NCBI GenBank assembly: GCA_963767005.1
Contig: CAVYCN010000002.1
Span: 96,001-160,000, forward strand
Length of the DNA: 64,000 nt
Source of the DNA: an uncultured Actinomycetes bacterium
GTDB taxonomy: Bacteria; Actinomycetota; Thermoleophilia; UBA2241
Direction of reading: 5' to 3'
The notes beneath the pieces were generated by a model. That model made no database searches, was not told the DNA's origin, and was given only the letters and a program-made list of their open reading frames with translations. The translations under genes and the position numbers were made by a program. This document shows, piece by piece, positions 48,401-56,936 of this stretch (within the stretch, counting starts at the first letter, position 1; each line of letters begins with the position of its first letter).

Positions 48401-49856
48401 AGGCCGTCACGCTGAAGAGCTCCACGAAGCGGCGCGCCGTCGTCTCGAGCACGGCCTCGACCTCACGCATCGACGACAGCTCACGACTCAGCTCGTTGAC
48501 GAGGGTCTCGCGGCGCCCGCGCACGGCGAGCTCGTCCCGGCGCTTTTCGAGGTCTTCGAACAGCCGGGCGTTTCTGATCGCCACGGCCGCCTGCTCGCCG
48601 AGCGCGCGGACGAGCTCGAGGTCGTCGTCCGAGTAGCGCGCCTCGAACTCGGTCTCGGTGATCACCATGAGGCCGACGCGATCCGGGCCGGCACGCAGCG
48701 GCACGGTCAGGCAGCTCCGTTCGCCCCACTCCTCCATCGAGGCGCGGCTGGCGGGGTCGAGCCCGGGGTCGGACAGACACTCGAAGAGGGTCTCGCCGTG
48801 CTCGATGAACCCGGCCGGCAGCGCGTACCCGGACAGCGGCTGCGACACACCGACCTCCAGATAGCCGGACGGCTGGGTCTCGTAGATGCCGCAGGGTGTG
48901 ATCGTGTCGCGCGCGGAGTCGTACTCGAAGATGGTGCAGTTGTTGGCGCCCAGGCTCTCGCAGGCCTTGCGTGCCAGCATGTTCAGGACCTCGCTCACGA
49001 CGAGGCTCGATGAGATGGCGCGGCTGGCTTCGACCAGCGAGGCGAGGCGCTCGGAGCGCTCGGTCTGCTGGCGATAGAGGTCGGCGTTCTGGATGGCGAG
49101 GGCGGCCACGCCGGCCAGGGCGGCGCAGACGGCCACGTCGTCGTCGCTGAAGCGCCGCTCCTCGCCGAGCTGCCCCAGCTCGACCGCGCCGATCGCCGCG
49201 TCGCGGGCGATCATCGGCACGATCATGCAGGAGCGCTCGTCCCATTCGATCATGGTCCGGCGCTCGGTGTCGGACAGGCGCGGGTCGTCGATCGAGGTCA
49301 CGACGACCGGCGCGCGGGTCTCGAGCGCGAGGCGGCTCAGGTTCCAGTCCGCCAGGGCGAAGCGCCGGTCGTCCCACTCGTGGGCGAACTCGCCCCGCCG
49401 GACCGACGCCACGCAGACGAAGTCGTCCCCGTCCAAGCGGTAGATGTCGCAGTCGTTCACGTCGAGGAGCTCGACGAAGCGGCGGGCGCTCGTCTCGAGG
49501 ACGCGCTCGAGGTCGAGGCTCGACGACAGGTCGAGCGCCATCTCGGCCGTCAGGCGCTGCCGTCGTTCACGCTGGGCGCGCTCGCTCGTCGCCGCCCGCG
49601 CGCCGGAGCGCGGCGCCGAGGGCGGCGTCGCGGCGTTTGGGGCGGAAACGTGCGCCAGGTGAGCCGGAGCGGAGGCTGAGTCAGGGACCCGGTCGGCCTC
49701 AAGGTGTTCGAGGTCGGCGCGCCGGAACCGCCGCTGGCCGCCGGGCGTGCGGCGGCAGGGGAGCTCGCCGGCGTCGCTCCAGCGACGCACCGTGGCGACG
49801 CTGAGCCCCAGCAGTTCGGCCGCCTGGGTGATGCCCAGCCAGCCGTCGGTCGGCAT
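45411..49856 (-). CDS. BldC/excisionase-like HTH - 5xGAF - HD-GYP - degenerate GGDEF multidomain signalling protein
   Basis: AAELLGLSVATVRRWSDAG...RTPGGQRRF; five GAF repeats ending in NA[DER]L; HDIGK...HHERYDGRGYP; TDSLTGLYNHR, DLDRFKQFND, RSSD-IAARY-GGDQL. Start 49856 or 49874. Confidence 0.88.
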   Translation of the reverse strand: MPTDGWLGITQAAELLGLSVATVRRWSDAGELPCRRTPGGQRRFRRADLEHLEADRVPDSASAPAHLAHVSAPNAATPPSAPRSGARAATSERAQRERRQRLTAEMALDLSSSLDLERVLETSARRFVELLDVNDCDIYRLDGDDFVCVASVRRGEFAHEWDDRRFALADWNLSRLALETRAPVVVTSIDDPRLSDTERRTMIEWDERSCMIVPMIARDAAIGAVELGQLGEERRFSDDDVAVCAALAGVAALAIQNADLYRQQTERSERLASLVEASRAISSSLVVSEVLNMLARKACESLGANNCTIFEYDSARDTITPCGIYETQPSGYLEVGVSQPLSGYALPAGFIEHGETLFECLSDPGLDPASRASMEEWGERSCLTVPLRAGPDRVGLMVITETEFEARYSDDDLELVRALGEQAAVAIRNARLFEDLEKRRDELAVRGRRETLVNELSRELSSMREVEAVLETTARRFVELFSVTACCDIYRLDGDSLVDVMSFVGDTRCHEWDGKRVALSEWHADRRVIETHEPIVVASPDDPIVSRAQRAAMLEWDEQCVLVVPMILKGAVTGTIKLADRREGRVFSPDEVATARAMAGVAALAIENAELYREQTERARRLASLIDAGKAITSRLVFDDVLSTVARTAAEALGCPECVIYDFDAAADTLTALVLYSENSYDHDNTGTAFPLSDWPSDRELLSSRTTLIESVSDLDLPADVRESMEDWGEKTCLNVPLYFGDQPLGVLVLIETAHERHFSADEVELATGIAEQAAIALHNARLVAGLRQRTDEAMLLNDVARASVASLDVADIAAATIAQLRRVTPFEQGTLLLEPEPGRPVDVVYTTQEHSQLAGIDFSMIDAGFVARLERERAALLSLPDELPFSGRTLVGLRSAAAVGLFEEDRLIGILVLGSASEGTFSPQDRSLFAAVGAQLSLAVRNARLYENVRRLHLGNLRALSSALTAKDYYTLGHTTRVAVYAVLLARELGLPEKTVQQVEEIAYLHDIGKIAVSDRVLLKPGALSDEEWELMRQHPVVSAEIIEPLLDAPLVAAVRHHHERYDGRGYPAGLAGAGIPELARLLCVVDCYDAMSSRRVYRRALTFRECVTELERCRGTQFDPAMVDAMVRMLRRLARQQRRAAAAAAEAAALIPARDNSLACESADESCPEYRAIQATLAAVRAAHPDVQRLVTEVAIDDRRRAVIVDGEARPELHIPLGDTGFSDDLELDAFAGRRQSATIVTVDSRGTWIASAAPIRDETGAVAALVSAGASPLGVDRLAAVSSDVSETFAGLAHSAALRVSRSEIDAITDSLTGLYNHRHLQERLAVEVALALETGAPLALLFADLDRFKQFNDRRGHPEGDEALRELARIVSGSIRSSDIAARYGGDQLAVVLHGSGLDVAVEVAERIRTRVEQARLIGDRRRLTVSIGVAVLGDGALSKDDLLQQADDALAAAKLSGRNRFMCAPATAAAVATAGR

Positions 49857-50027
49857 GGTTGTGCCCCTTCCCATGCTCTCTACTGTCGGCAGCGACTCGT
49901 GCAAACCTGAGCAACTCGCTCAAAGCTGCGCAGGTGTCGAGCGCCGGTCGGCGGGCCGACCGTCGTGTCGGGACGCTTTCCCGCGGCTAGAATCACTCGG
50001 ACGGACGAGGCGAGCGGCGAGGCGGAC

Positions 50028-51434
50028 GTGGGGGAGGACGAGCGGCAGGCGCCGGGTAGCGAGCGCACAGGCGACGACCCCCTGGCCATGGACGCGGCCG
50101 ACATGCGCGCCCTCGGTTACTGGGTGGTCGACCGCGTCGTGGAGCATCTCGAGCGCTTGCCCGACGAGCCGGCGATCGTGACGGTCGCGCCCGACGACCT
50201 CGCCGCCGCGCTCGGCGGCCCGCCGCCGCTCGACGGCGGCGATCCCCTGGCCGCCATGGAGACGCTCGTGACCGTGGCCCTTGCCGCCATGCAGCACGGC
50301 GACCACCCGCGCTACTTCGCCCGCGTGCCCGGGCCTTCGTCGTATCCGGGCGTGCTCGGCGACTGGCTGGCCACCGGGTTCAACGCGATCGCCTCGTCGT
50401 GGGTGGGGAGCTCGGGCGTGTCGGCGGTCGAGCTCGTGGCGCTGGACTGGCTGCGGGCGCTGCTGGGCCTGCCCGAGGGAGCCGAGGGCCTCATGACGAG
50501 CGGCGGCTCGCTCGCCAACCTGACGGCGCTCGCGGCCGCCCGCGCCGCGGCCGGACCCGGCGTGTGCTACCTGTCCGACCAGACCCATGCTTCGATCATG
50601 CGGGCGCTGTCCGTGCTCGGCTTTGCGGCCGACGAGGTGCGCGTGCTGCCGACCGGCGCCGACCTGCGCCTGGCGACGGCGGACCTGCCGGCGGCGATCG
50701 CCGCCGACAGGTCCGCCGGCCGGCGCCCCGGCTTTGTCGTGGCCACGGCCGGCACCACCAACACCGGCGCCGTCGACCCGCTCGCGGAGCTCTCCGCACT
50801 CTGCCGCGCCGAGGGGCTCTGGCTCCACGTCGACGGCGCCTACGGCGCCGCGGCCGCGCTCTGCGAGGAGGGTCGCCGGCACTTGGGCGGCCTCGATCTG
50901 GCCGACTCCGTCGTCGTCGATCCGCACAAGTGGCTTTTCCAGCCCTACGACCTGGGCTGCGTGTTCGTGCGCCGTCCGGGCGTGCTGGCAAACGCCTTTC
51001 GCATGACGCCCGAGTACCTGGCCGACGCGACCGGCGGGGGAGAGGTCGACCTTCGCGACCGCGGCCCCGAGCTCACGCGCCGGGGACGGGCGCTCAAACT
51101 GTGGTTGACCTTCAAGGTCTACGGCTCACGCCGCCTGGGCGCGGCGGTCGCGCGCGGCATCGAGAACGCCGAGCACGCCGAGCGGCTGATCGCGGCCGAC
51201 CCCGGCTGGCGGGTGGTCACGCCGGCGCAGCTCGCCATCGTGACCTTCGCGCCGCTCGACGCCGGCGACGATACCTGCCGGGCGCTCGCCGAGCGCGTCG
51301 CGCGCTCCGGCGTGGCGGCCCTCACCAGCACGCGCCTGCACGGCCGCCCCGTGTTACGCCTGTGCACGATCAACCCGCGGACCACGCCGGCCGACGTCGC
51401 GCGCACACTCGCGGCGCTCGGTGTCCGCGTCTAG
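50028..51434 (+). CDS. group II PLP-dependent decarboxylase (aromatic/amino acid decarboxylase-like)
   Basis: HPRYFA, SGGSLAN, ATAGTTNTGAVDPL, WLHVDGAYG, DPHKW; start uncertain (50028 or 50088). Confidence 0.9.
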   Translation: MGEDERQAPGSERTGDDPLAMDAADMRALGYWVVDRVVEHLERLPDEPAIVTVAPDDLAAALGGPPPLDGGDPLAAMETLVTVALAAMQHGDHPRYFARVPGPSSYPGVLGDWLATGFNAIASSWVGSSGVSAVELVALDWLRALLGLPEGAEGLMTSGGSLANLTALAAARAAAGPGVCYLSDQTHASIMRALSVLGFAADEVRVLPTGADLRLATADLPAAIAADRSAGRRPGFVVATAGTTNTGAVDPLAELSALCRAEGLWLHVDGAYGAAAALCEEGRRHLGGLDLADSVVVDPHKWLFQPYDLGCVFVRRPGVLANAFRMTPEYLADATGGGEVDLRDRGPELTRRGRALKLWLTFKVYGSRRLGAAVARGIENAEHAERLIAADPGWRVVTPAQLAIVTFAPLDAGDDTCRALAERVARSGVAALTSTRLHGRPVLRLCTINPRTTPADVARTLAALGVRV

Positions 51435-51598
51435 GCACGGGCTGCTCCGCGGCGTGACAGGCGCGGCGACTTGAGGCAGAGTGGGCACGAGGAGCGCGCC
51501 GCTCGACCCGGTGTCACCGCGCCGCCGCCGCCCGGGCGTGACGCCCCTGCGCCGGACCGCCGCGACGACGACCGAAGCGAGGCGAAGGACTTGACGAC

Positions 51599-52174
51599 GT
51601 GAACGGCTACGACCTGATCGTGCTGGCGGCGCTGGCGCTGCTCGCGTTCCTCGGCCTGCGCCGCGGCCTGGTGGGCGAGCTCGTCGGCCTGGCGGCCTTC
51701 GTCGTCGCCCTGGCGCTTGCCTTCCGCTACGACGGTCCGGTCGGAGCCGCGCTGCGACGCCTGCCCGGCCATCTCACAGCGACGCAGGCGCGCATCGCCG
51801 CCTTCATCCTGATCGTGGTCGTCGTCGATGTGGTCGCGGCCCTGATCGCGCGGCGCCTCGGGCGGCTGCTCTCACGCGTGCCGGTGCTGGGCACCGTCAA
51901 CCGTGTCGGCGGCCTCGTCGTCGGCCTCGTGACCGCCCTCATCGGCGTGTGGCTGGTGACGAGCGCGCTGCTCGTGCTGCCCACCACCTACGTGCCCTGG
52001 GCGGCGACCGTGCACCGTTCCGAGACGGCGCGTCTGCTGCCGAGCGTGACTCCGCGCTGGGACCGTGAGCTTCATGCCTACGTCGAGAACTTCACGGCCG
52101 GTCGTGGCGCTCCGAGCCTGGAGCGCGAGCTGCGTCTGCTCTCGCGGGGCAAGTCGAGCGGCGCGTCGCGCTGA
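51599..52174 (+). CDS. CvpA family membrane protein
   Basis: DLIVL...GLRRGLVGEL, NRVGGLVVG, S near C-terminus; 4-5 TM. Confidence 0.8.
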   Translation: MNGYDLIVLAALALLAFLGLRRGLVGELVGLAAFVVALALAFRYDGPVGAALRRLPGHLTATQARIAAFILIVVVVDVVAALIARRLGRLLSRVPVLGTVNRVGGLVVGLVTALIGVWLVTSALLVLPTTYVPWAATVHRSETARLLPSVTPRWDRELHAYVENFTAGRGAPSLERELRLLSRGKSSGASR

Positions 52175-52292
52175 GCGCGGCACGGCCTCGTGCGAGGCCC
52201 GTCGCTGGATGACGCATCTGCTCGGGGACGGCGCGACGCCGCGGCGACGTGACGCGCGCGGGCGACGCGCAAGCGGGGGCGAGCCGGCGAGC

Positions 52293-52643
52293 CTAGCAGG
52301 CGGCGGCGATGGCGGCCGCCCTGGTCGTGAACATCGCAAAGACGCGGTCGAGGCCGACCAGGGCGAAGACGTTCGTCATCGCCTCGTTGGGGCAGACGAT
52401 CGACAGCGAGCCGTGACGGGCCTGCTTGGCGCCGCTCACCAGCACGCCCAGGCCGGTGGAGTCGAGCGAGGTCGCCTGGGTGAGGTCGACGATCACATGG
52501 CGGACCCCCTGGGCGATCACGTTGAGCAGGAGCTCCTTGAAATGAGGGCCGGCGTAGACGTCGACGTCGCCGTCGAGGGCCAGCACGGCCACGTTCTTCG
52601 CGGGTTTGATGATCTCGGCGCGGAACTGCGGGTCGCTCTTCAC
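52293..52643 (-). CDS. STAS-domain anti-sigma factor antagonist
   Basis: GDVDVY, IVDL, LDSTGLGVL phosphorylatable Ser, LVGLD; AAGGAGG RBS before GTG 52643. Confidence 0.9.
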   Translation of the reverse strand: MKSDPQFRAEIIKPAKNVAVLALDGDVDVYAGPHFKELLLNVIAQGVRHVIVDLTQATSLDSTGLGVLVSGAKQARHGSLSIVCPNEAMTNVFALVGLDRVFAMFTTRAAAIAAAC

Positions 52644-52920
52644 AGTGGGACCTCCTTTGCCGTAGGCGGCGCGGCTCGCTGGACTAGTGGTGTGAGCCGC
52701 CGCTTTCCCGTGCGTGGTCGCCTGTGGGTGGCTTGGCGGTCGAGGCGGGTCGACCGGCTGCGGATCGGGACACCATATCACGTCGCGCAAGGGCGGCGAG
52801 GCTGGTCGAGCCCGGCCGGCGTGGGCGGGCCGGCACCGACACCCCGCCGGGCCACAGGCGTGCTCGGGGCCGTTGGGCGGGCCTTGAGGGCGCGTCAGGC
52901 GCCGGAAATCGTGTCGGGCG

Positions 52921-53583
52921 CTAGGACGAGGTGCCCGAGATGAGGTGCAGCTCCATGGCCTTGACGACGGCTTCGGAGCGGCTGCGCACGCCGAGCTTGC
53001 GGTAGATCGACGAGACGTGGTTCTGCACCGTCTTGGTCGACAGGAAGAGCTGCCCCGCGATCTGCGCGGCGGTCTGGGGCGTGGCCAGCAGGCGCAGCAC
53101 CTGGAGCTCCCGTTCGGACAGGTCGAGGCGGCGCCGCTCGTAGTCGCCGGGCGCGTAGTCGAGGCCGGTCACGCCGCCGGCGAGCCCCTCGGTGACCGAG
53201 CCGCCGAAGGCGCTGCCGCCGCCGGCGACCAGGTGGATGGCGCCGATCAGCTGGGCGGGGTCGGCGTCCTTGGCGATGTAGCCGCGGGCGCCGGCGGTGA
53301 TCGCGCTGAACAGCGCGTCGCGGTCATCACGGCCGCTCACGATGATGACCTTCACGTCGTCGCCGCGCTGCTTGAGGCGCTCCGAGGTGGCGAGGCCGTC
53401 GAGCCGGCCCGGCATGGAGATGTCGAGCAGCAGCACCGCGCCCGGGTTGGCCCGCACGGCCTCGAGGGCCTCGTCGCCGGTCGCGGCCTCGGCCACCACG
53501 GCGATGCCCTCGGCCTCGAGCAGCTGGGCAAGGCCGGCGCGCCACAGGGCATGGTCGTCGGCGATGATGACGCGCACGCTCAC
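52921..53583 (-). CDS. NarL/LuxR family response regulator
   Basis: IADDH, LDISMP, GYIAKD; LSERELQVL...TVQNHVSSIYRKLGV. Confidence 0.94.
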   Translation of the reverse strand: MSVRVIIADDHALWRAGLAQLLEAEGIAVVAEAATGDEALEAVRANPGAVLLLDISMPGRLDGLATSERLKQRGDDVKVIIVSGRDDRDALFSAITAGARGYIAKDADPAQLIGAIHLVAGGGSAFGGSVTEGLAGGVTGLDYAPGDYERRRLDLSERELQVLRLLATPQTAAQIAGQLFLSTKTVQNHVSSIYRKLGVRSRSEAVVKAMELHLISGTSS

Positions 53584-54965
53584 GCGCGCCGACCCACGAG
53601 CAGCGACAGAGCGTCGATCAGGTCGTCCATGTCAAAAGGCTTCGCCATGAACCAGGCGTTGTCCTTGCGCGCGACCGAAAGAGCAGCGGCCGCCGTGTCG
53701 TCGCTGCTGACAACGAGCACCGGCAGCGTCGCCAGACGAGCGGCCGCCTCGACGCCGTCGATGCCGGGCAGGTGGTAGTCGAACACGCCGCAGTCGACGT
53801 TCAGGTCGGCCGCGCGGTCGACCACATCGTCGGCGCGGGCCGCCGTCTCGACGGCGCAGCCGGCCTCGCGCAGCGCGGCCGCCACGGCCTGGGCGAGGGG
53901 CTCGTCGTCGTCGACGACCAGCACGCGCCGGCCGTCGAGCCGGCCGCGGTCGGCGATCGGCAGGCGCACGGTGAACACGGCGCCGCGGTCGCCGCGGTCG
54001 GCGGCCGAGACGTCGCCGCCGGCTTCGAGCGCGAGGCGCCGCACGAGCCAGAGCCCCAGGCCGGTGCCCTGCGACTTGGTCGAAAAGAAGGGCGCGAAGA
54101 CGTCGCCGTCGGGCAGCCCCGGGCCGCGGTCGGCCACGGTGACCAGCGCGGCGCCGCGCGCGAAGCCGACGGTCACCTCGACCGGGCCGGCGCCGTCGCT
54201 CACCTCGACGGCGTTGTTCACGAGGTTGCCGACGATCGACGACAGGGCGGCGTGGTCGAGTGTCACGCGGGCGTCGCCCGTCACGCTCAGGCGCAGTTCC
54301 ATGTCGGGCGCGCGCAGGCGCTGCTCCTCCATGATCGCGGCGATCGACGTCGCGAGGGAGGTCAGGTGGAGGCCGGCACCGCTGGCCGCCGCGCCGGCCA
54401 TCGAGTGCAGGATGGTCGACAGGCGCGACTGGCATTCGGCGAGCTCGGCCCCGATCACGTCGAGATTGCCGAGCGCCGGTCCCTCGCCCGGCACCTGGCG
54501 GCGCAGGAGGCCGACGTACAGGCCGATCGTCGCGAGCGGCGACTTGAGCTCGTGGGCCATGGCGCTCGCCAGGCGGCCGGCGTCGGCCACCTGGCGCTCG
54601 GCCTCGGCGCGGCGCTCGCGGTCGAGGGTATCGGTCAGGTCGGTGAAGATCATCGCCACGATGGGCGGATCGCCGAGCAGGTGGAGGCCGTAGCCGACCG
54701 TGCGCCGTCCGCCGCCCGTGTCGACCTCGACCTGGGCGCGCGCCTGGCCGCGCCCGCTGGCGCGCCCCGCGGCCAGCGCCTCGGCGATCGCCCGCAGCGG
54801 CTGGTCGCCGGTGGCGAGGTCGGCGCAGGCGCGCGACAGCACGCGGTCGGCGGGCACACCGAGAATCTCCTGGGCGGCGTGGTTGTAGAGCGACACGACG
54901 CCGTCGTGGTCGACGGCGATCACGCCGGTGCCCATCTGCTCGAGGACGATGTCCGCCAGTGTCAC
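53580..54965 (-). CDS. cytoplasmic hybrid histidine kinase (PAS-HisKA-HATPase-REC)
   Basis: PAS (GVIAVD...NHAAQEILG), HELKSPL, NLVNNA, DRGPG, FFSTK..GTGLGL, VVDDD...DYHLP...KPF; no TM. Confidence 0.9.
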   Translation of the reverse strand: MTLADIVLEQMGTGVIAVDHDGVVSLYNHAAQEILGVPADRVLSRACADLATGDQPLRAIAEALAAGRASGRGQARAQVEVDTGGGRRTVGYGLHLLGDPPIVAMIFTDLTDTLDRERRAEAERQVADAGRLASAMAHELKSPLATIGLYVGLLRRQVPGEGPALGNLDVIGAELAECQSRLSTILHSMAGAAASGAGLHLTSLATSIAAIMEEQRLRAPDMELRLSVTGDARVTLDHAALSSIVGNLVNNAVEVSDGAGPVEVTVGFARGAALVTVADRGPGLPDGDVFAPFFSTKSQGTGLGLWLVRRLALEAGGDVSAADRGDRGAVFTVRLPIADRGRLDGRRVLVVDDDEPLAQAVAAALREAGCAVETAARADDVVDRAADLNVDCGVFDYHLPGIDGVEAAARLATLPVLVVSSDDTAAAALSVARKDNAWFMAKPFDMDDLIDALSLLVGRRA

Positions 54966-55097
54966 TGCCGACTCCCGGATCGCGGCCCCAGCGCCGAGGC
55001 GCTGCGGCGCCAAGTCTAGCCCAACGATGGTCCGGGTGGGGGCGCGTATGCGAGGACGCCGAGCGACTGCGTCGTCGGCGCTCAGGCTGGCGCGGCT

Positions 55098-56567
55098 CTA
55101 GTGAACGGTGAGGGTGCTCGCGGCGACGCACGCCTGCGTGTTGCCGGCGGCGTCGGTGGCGGCGACGGTGTAGCGGTAGCGGCCGGTCGCAAGGCGGCAG
55201 AGGAAGCGGGCCACATGGCCGGTGTTGAGCGCGACGCGGTGCGCGCTGATGGTCTTGACCAGGCGGCCGCCGGCCGTCCTGACCGTGATCGTCACGTCGG
55301 CGGTCTGCGGGACCGGGCCCGCCTCGGCGACCGAGTAGGAGAGCGTGGCCGTGCGGCCGCGGATCGCCCTGGCCGGCGCGGCGGCCGGTGCGGGGACGGC
55401 AGTGTCGATGCCGACGCTGCAGACCTTGACGGCCTCGCGGTTGCCGGCGACGTCGACGGAGCGGTACAGGATGGTGTGCAGGCCGTCGTTCGAGCGGTCG
55501 GCCGGCGCGGCGACGGTGAGCGACGTGCCGGCCGTCCAGGGGCCCTGGTCGACCTTGTACTCGGTGTAGGCCACGCCGCTGTCGTCGGTCGCCGCGAAGG
55601 CGACCGTGACCGCCTGGTCGTGCCAGGCGCCGTCGGCGCCGGTCACGGTGGTCGTCGGGGCCGTGGCGTCGCCGGCGCAGCGGCTCACGGTGAAGCCGGC
55701 GCCATCGGCGCCAAGCTGCGAAGCACCGGCCACGACGGCGCCGTCGCGGGCTACCATCGTGATGCGCCGGTGCGGGGTGGCGCTGAGCGGGCGACCGTCG
55801 ACGGCGCAGCCGCTGAAGGCGACCGCGTCAAAGCCGGCGAGCGGGATCAGGCGGGAGAGCGAAGCGTCCGTGGGCGCCTCGGCGACGATCTCGGCCGACG
55901 ACGGCGTGACCGCCGCGCCGCTCTGCGTGGTGCTGAACGTCGCGCCGGTGGTCTCGTCGGTCAACGTGAGCGTGTACGAGCCGTGGCCGTCGGTGACGAC
56001 CGAGGCGCTCAGTGTGTCGCCGGCGACGACGGCGAGGGTGGCGATCCGCGCCTCGGGCTGCGGATACATCTCATACCAGGCGTAGCAGGTGACCTGGCCG
56101 TCGCGGCTGAGGGCGGCGGTGCCGATCTGCTCGGCCGTGGCGCTGCCGTCGCCGTCGAGGCCGACCCAGAAGCTCGCCGCCTGCAGGCCGGCGTCGCCGG
56201 GCTGCACGGCGGGCTCCACCCAGGTCGCGGCGACGCTCGTGAAGCCGCCGGTGGCGTCGTAGCCGGCCCAGTTGAGGGCGGTGACGCCGGTCGTGGCGTC
56301 GGAGGAGTCGCCGGTCACGCCGCAGCGCGCGGTGTGGGGGAGAGGGGCGCGCTGCAGGGGAGTGGCGCAGGCCGCGATGGCGAGGGTCGATGTCGGGCAA
56401 GGCGCCATCGCGGCCTGCCCCGTGCCTGAGCGGGAGAGGGTGCTGCTCAGATCCTGCGGCGTGCCGGCGAGCGCGGGCGCGCTCCAGAAAAGGGTGAGAG
56501 CGCCAAGGGCCGCGGTGAGGACTGCTGCCAGCCGGGTCGTCCGCCGCTTCTGTGCCCTTGCGTTCAC
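55098..56567 (-). CDS. secreted G1 family glutamic endopeptidase with C-terminal Ig-like domains
   Basis: Signal peptide (…APALA), NWAGY, SFWVGLDG, EQIGT (catalytic Gln), AWYEMYP, SAEIVAEAP (catalytic Glu). Confidence 0.85.
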   Translation of the reverse strand: MNARAQKRRTTRLAAVLTAALGALTLFWSAPALAGTPQDLSSTLSRSGTGQAAMAPCPTSTLAIAACATPLQRAPLPHTARCGVTGDSSDATTGVTALNWAGYDATGGFTSVAATWVEPAVQPGDAGLQAASFWVGLDGDGSATAEQIGTAALSRDGQVTCYAWYEMYPQPEARIATLAVVAGDTLSASVVTDGHGSYTLTLTDETTGATFSTTQSGAAVTPSSAEIVAEAPTDASLSRLIPLAGFDAVAFSGCAVDGRPLSATPHRRITMVARDGAVVAGASQLGADGAGFTVSRCAGDATAPTTTVTGADGAWHDQAVTVAFAATDDSGVAYTEYKVDQGPWTAGTSLTVAAPADRSNDGLHTILYRSVDVAGNREAVKVCSVGIDTAVPAPAAAPARAIRGRTATLSYSVAEAGPVPQTADVTITVRTAGGRLVKTISAHRVALNTGHVARFLCRLATGRYRYTVAATDAAGNTQACVAASTLTVH

Positions 56568-56801
56568 TGCCCCTCCGGTGCCGCCCTGTGTGGGCCACTC
56601 CTTCCTTGCAGGAGCGTCGTCGACCGGCGCGCAGCCCGGTCTCGATAGGGCGCCCTCCCGTACTTGCGGGGCAGGGAACGCAGCGCCGGGGGCGAATGCG
56701 GCGCGACGGGGAGCGGTGTGCCGTCCGGCTCGGCCCGTCAGGGCCCCGACCGCCGCTCGGCCAGGCTCAACGGGAGGCTCGAGGGCGGCCTGCGGTCCAT
56801 A

Positions 56802-56845
56802 CCTAGTGTGTACTTAGTATTCACTAGGGACTAAACAGATGTCCC
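56802..56845. promoter_or_regulatory. AT-rich inverted-repeat operator region between divergent secreted-protein genes
   Basis: CCTAGTG-N13-CACTAGG (56802-56828) overlapping GGGAC-N9-GTCCC (56827-56845). Confidence 0.5.
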
Positions 56846-56936
56846 ATGCATGCACGGGCTCGCGGAGCCGATGAGACGGAGTGAGAAGCACCAACGGGCG
56901 GCAGGCGCGTCTGCCGTCGTTCAGGCGGAGGTAGGA

